The notes below the pieces were generated by a model. The model did no database searches, was not told the DNA's origin, and worked only from the letters and a program-made list of their open reading frames with translations. A DNA stretch of 64,000 bases. Origin: Candidatus Poribacteria bacterium. GTDB lineage: Bacteria; Poribacteria; WGA-4E; JAJDTR01. The DNA lies in the NCBI GenBank assembly GCA_028820655.1, contig JAPPIK010000006.1:183427-247426 (forward strand). Reading direction: 5' to 3'. Both the position numbers and the translations under genes were made by a program. Shown here one piece after another: positions 62,453 through 64,000 of this stretch (position 1 is the first letter of the stretch; each line of letters begins with the position of its first letter).

Positions 62453-63052
62453 GTGGAAAGGATATCTGGCCGTATGTGCGATGGACAAAGTATGATTGAA
62501 GCTGCGACTAAAGTCGCCGAAGAAGCGCATCGCGGTCAGTTTCGGAAGGGCAGCGGCATCCCCTACATCTCCCATCCGCGCGCCGTGGCGCGTATTCTCT
62601 CGGATGCGGGTTGTTCGGAGGAGCTTGTTGCCGCAGGGATTCTTCACGATACGGTCGAGGATACCTCTCTTACGCTAGACTATATCCGCGAGAGGTTTGG
62701 CAATAAGGTCGCGAAGATTGTGCAGGGGTGTTCGGAACCGGATAAGTCGCTGCCGTGGGAGCAACGGAAGCAACATACGGTGGAGTTCTTGAAGACCGCA
62801 CCCTTGGAGGTGCGCACGGTTACCTGCGCCGATAAACTTCATAATCTTCTTTCCATTATAGCCGATTACGAGGTTATGGGGGACGATGTTTGGGATCGGT
62901 TTAGTAGGGGGAGGGACGCGCAGGAATGGTACTATCGGGAGTTGGCGGCTAGTTTGTGCGCTCAGCCGGATTGTGATGGGGACGGAGCGATTTTCCAGCA
63001 GCTTAAGGAGAGTGTAGAGGCGCTTTTTGGCGCCGCGGAACCGCAGGAATAG
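62453..63052 (+). CDS. HD-domain hydrolase resembling the RelA/SpoT (p)ppGpp hydrolase domain (Mesh1-like small alarmone hydrolase)
   Basis: AHRGQFRKGSGIPYISHPRAVARIL...GILHDTVEDT H-D signature. Confidence 0.7.
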   Translation: MERISGRMCDGQSMIEAATKVAEEAHRGQFRKGSGIPYISHPRAVARILSDAGCSEELVAAGILHDTVEDTSLTLDYIRERFGNKVAKIVQGCSEPDKSLPWEQRKQHTVEFLKTAPLEVRTVTCADKLHNLLSIIADYEVMGDDVWDRFSRGRDAQEWYYRELAASLCAQPDCDGDGAIFQQLKESVEALFGAAEPQE

Positions 63053-63206
63053 GAAAGGGGTAACTGTTTAGTCCACCGGTCTGGATTTGCCAATCCAGAC
63101 CGAGCGGGCAGAGAACGCGCCGAGAATTGAAGTACAATGCTAATTCAGACGAATCGGGGGCTTACATGCCCAGAACAGACGTGCAATGAAAAGGGATTTG
63201 AGGCTG

Positions 63207-64000
63207 ATGACGAAGAAAAAGATTCGTTTAACGAAGACAGTGGAGTGCGCGGGGTGAGCGTCCAAGCTGGATCCGGGTGATCTGGCACAGGTATTGGACG
63301 GTTTGCCCGCCATGGATGATCCGAATCTGCTGGTGGGTACGGAGACATCGGATGACGCCGGCGTGTACCAGCTTAGCGACGAACTCGCCATCATAAACAC
63401 CACGGATTATTTTACGCCGATTGTCGACGATCCGTATGACTATGGCGCCATCGCCGCTACGAACTCGCTGAGCGATGTGTACAGCATGGGCGGCGTCCCC
63501 AAGACGGCGTTGAACATCACGTGTTGGCCCAAGAACCAACTCGATCTGGGCATCCTGCGCGATGTGCTGCGGGGCGGCGCCGATAAGGTGAAACAGGCGA
63601 ATGCGGTGAGTCTCGGCGGGCATACGGTGACCTCCCAAGAGTTGATGTACGGGCTTGCGGTGACGGGCGTGGTTCACCCGGATCGGATTGTCAGGAATTT
63701 CGGTGCGAAACCGGGCGATGCGTTGATTCTCACGAAACGACTCGGAGTCGGCATCCTCACGACGGGATTGAAGTTCAACAAGATCAGTGAATCTGTGCTT
63801 CCGGAGATTTTGGAGTCGATGGCGCGGCTTAACGCCTCGGCGTCGGAGGTGATGCAGAGGCACAATCCCCATGCCTGCACGGACATCACGGGGTTCGGTC
63901 TGCTCGGGCACGGCTTTGAGATGGCGCAGGGGAACGGTGTCCGGCTGGAGTTTTTTGCCGGGGAGATTCCGGTATTTGACGGCGCGACACAGTTGGTCAA
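63207..64000 (+). CDS. selD: Selenophosphate synthetase SelD (partial, continues past window end) with in-frame TGA (63255-63257) at the Cys17-equivalent position
   Basis: MTKKKIRLTKTVECAG-[TGA]-ASKLDPGDLAQVL aligns with E. coli SHGAGCGCKISPKVL. Downstream NLLVGTETSDDAGVY, ATNSLSDVYSMGG, DITGFGLLGH as in SelD. Hairpin gctggatc-cgggt-gatctggc begins 8 nt after the TGA. Confidence 0.8.

Overview
Contents: this 64-kb window (roughly 55-60% GC outside one AT-rich island) comes from a bacterium that uses T9SS-type C-terminal sorting domains, which suggests an FCB-group-like lineage. It contains an 11-gene complex I operon (nuoA-B-C-D-H-I-J-K-L-M-N, no nuoEFG) interrupted by two protease genes. Other genes include rpsT, thrB, an aminotransferase, pcm, SppA, CapA, an ECF sigma factor, a histidine kinase, GH32, an M28 peptidase, PhyH, PHP, PotB/PotC-like permeases and a RelE/ParE toxin-antitoxin pair.

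Main finding: three in-frame TGA codons each fall exactly on a conserved catalytic or redox Cys, and each is followed by a SECIS-like hairpin.
- A DUF3179 protein has a 'U-P-L-C' motif and is tightly linked to an ArsS-like radical SAM gene.
- A rhodanese-E1 (MoeB/ThiF-like) fusion with an unusual N-terminal rhodanese domain has TGA at the E1 active-site Cys.
- SelD (selenophosphate synthetase), partial at the window end, has TGA at its Cys17-equivalent position.
These are read here as a selenocysteine trait with two unusual selenoproteins.

Other notable features:
- A catalytically degenerate P-type ATPase homologue.
- A 3-kb AT-rich island of small hypothetical genes bracketed by ~155-bp direct repeats.
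- A ~2-kb non-coding repeat-dense block bracketed by 85-bp direct repeats.
- Several dispersed hairpin and heptamer (CCAGTGR) repeat families at gene boundaries.

No rRNA, tRNA or CRISPR array was recognised.
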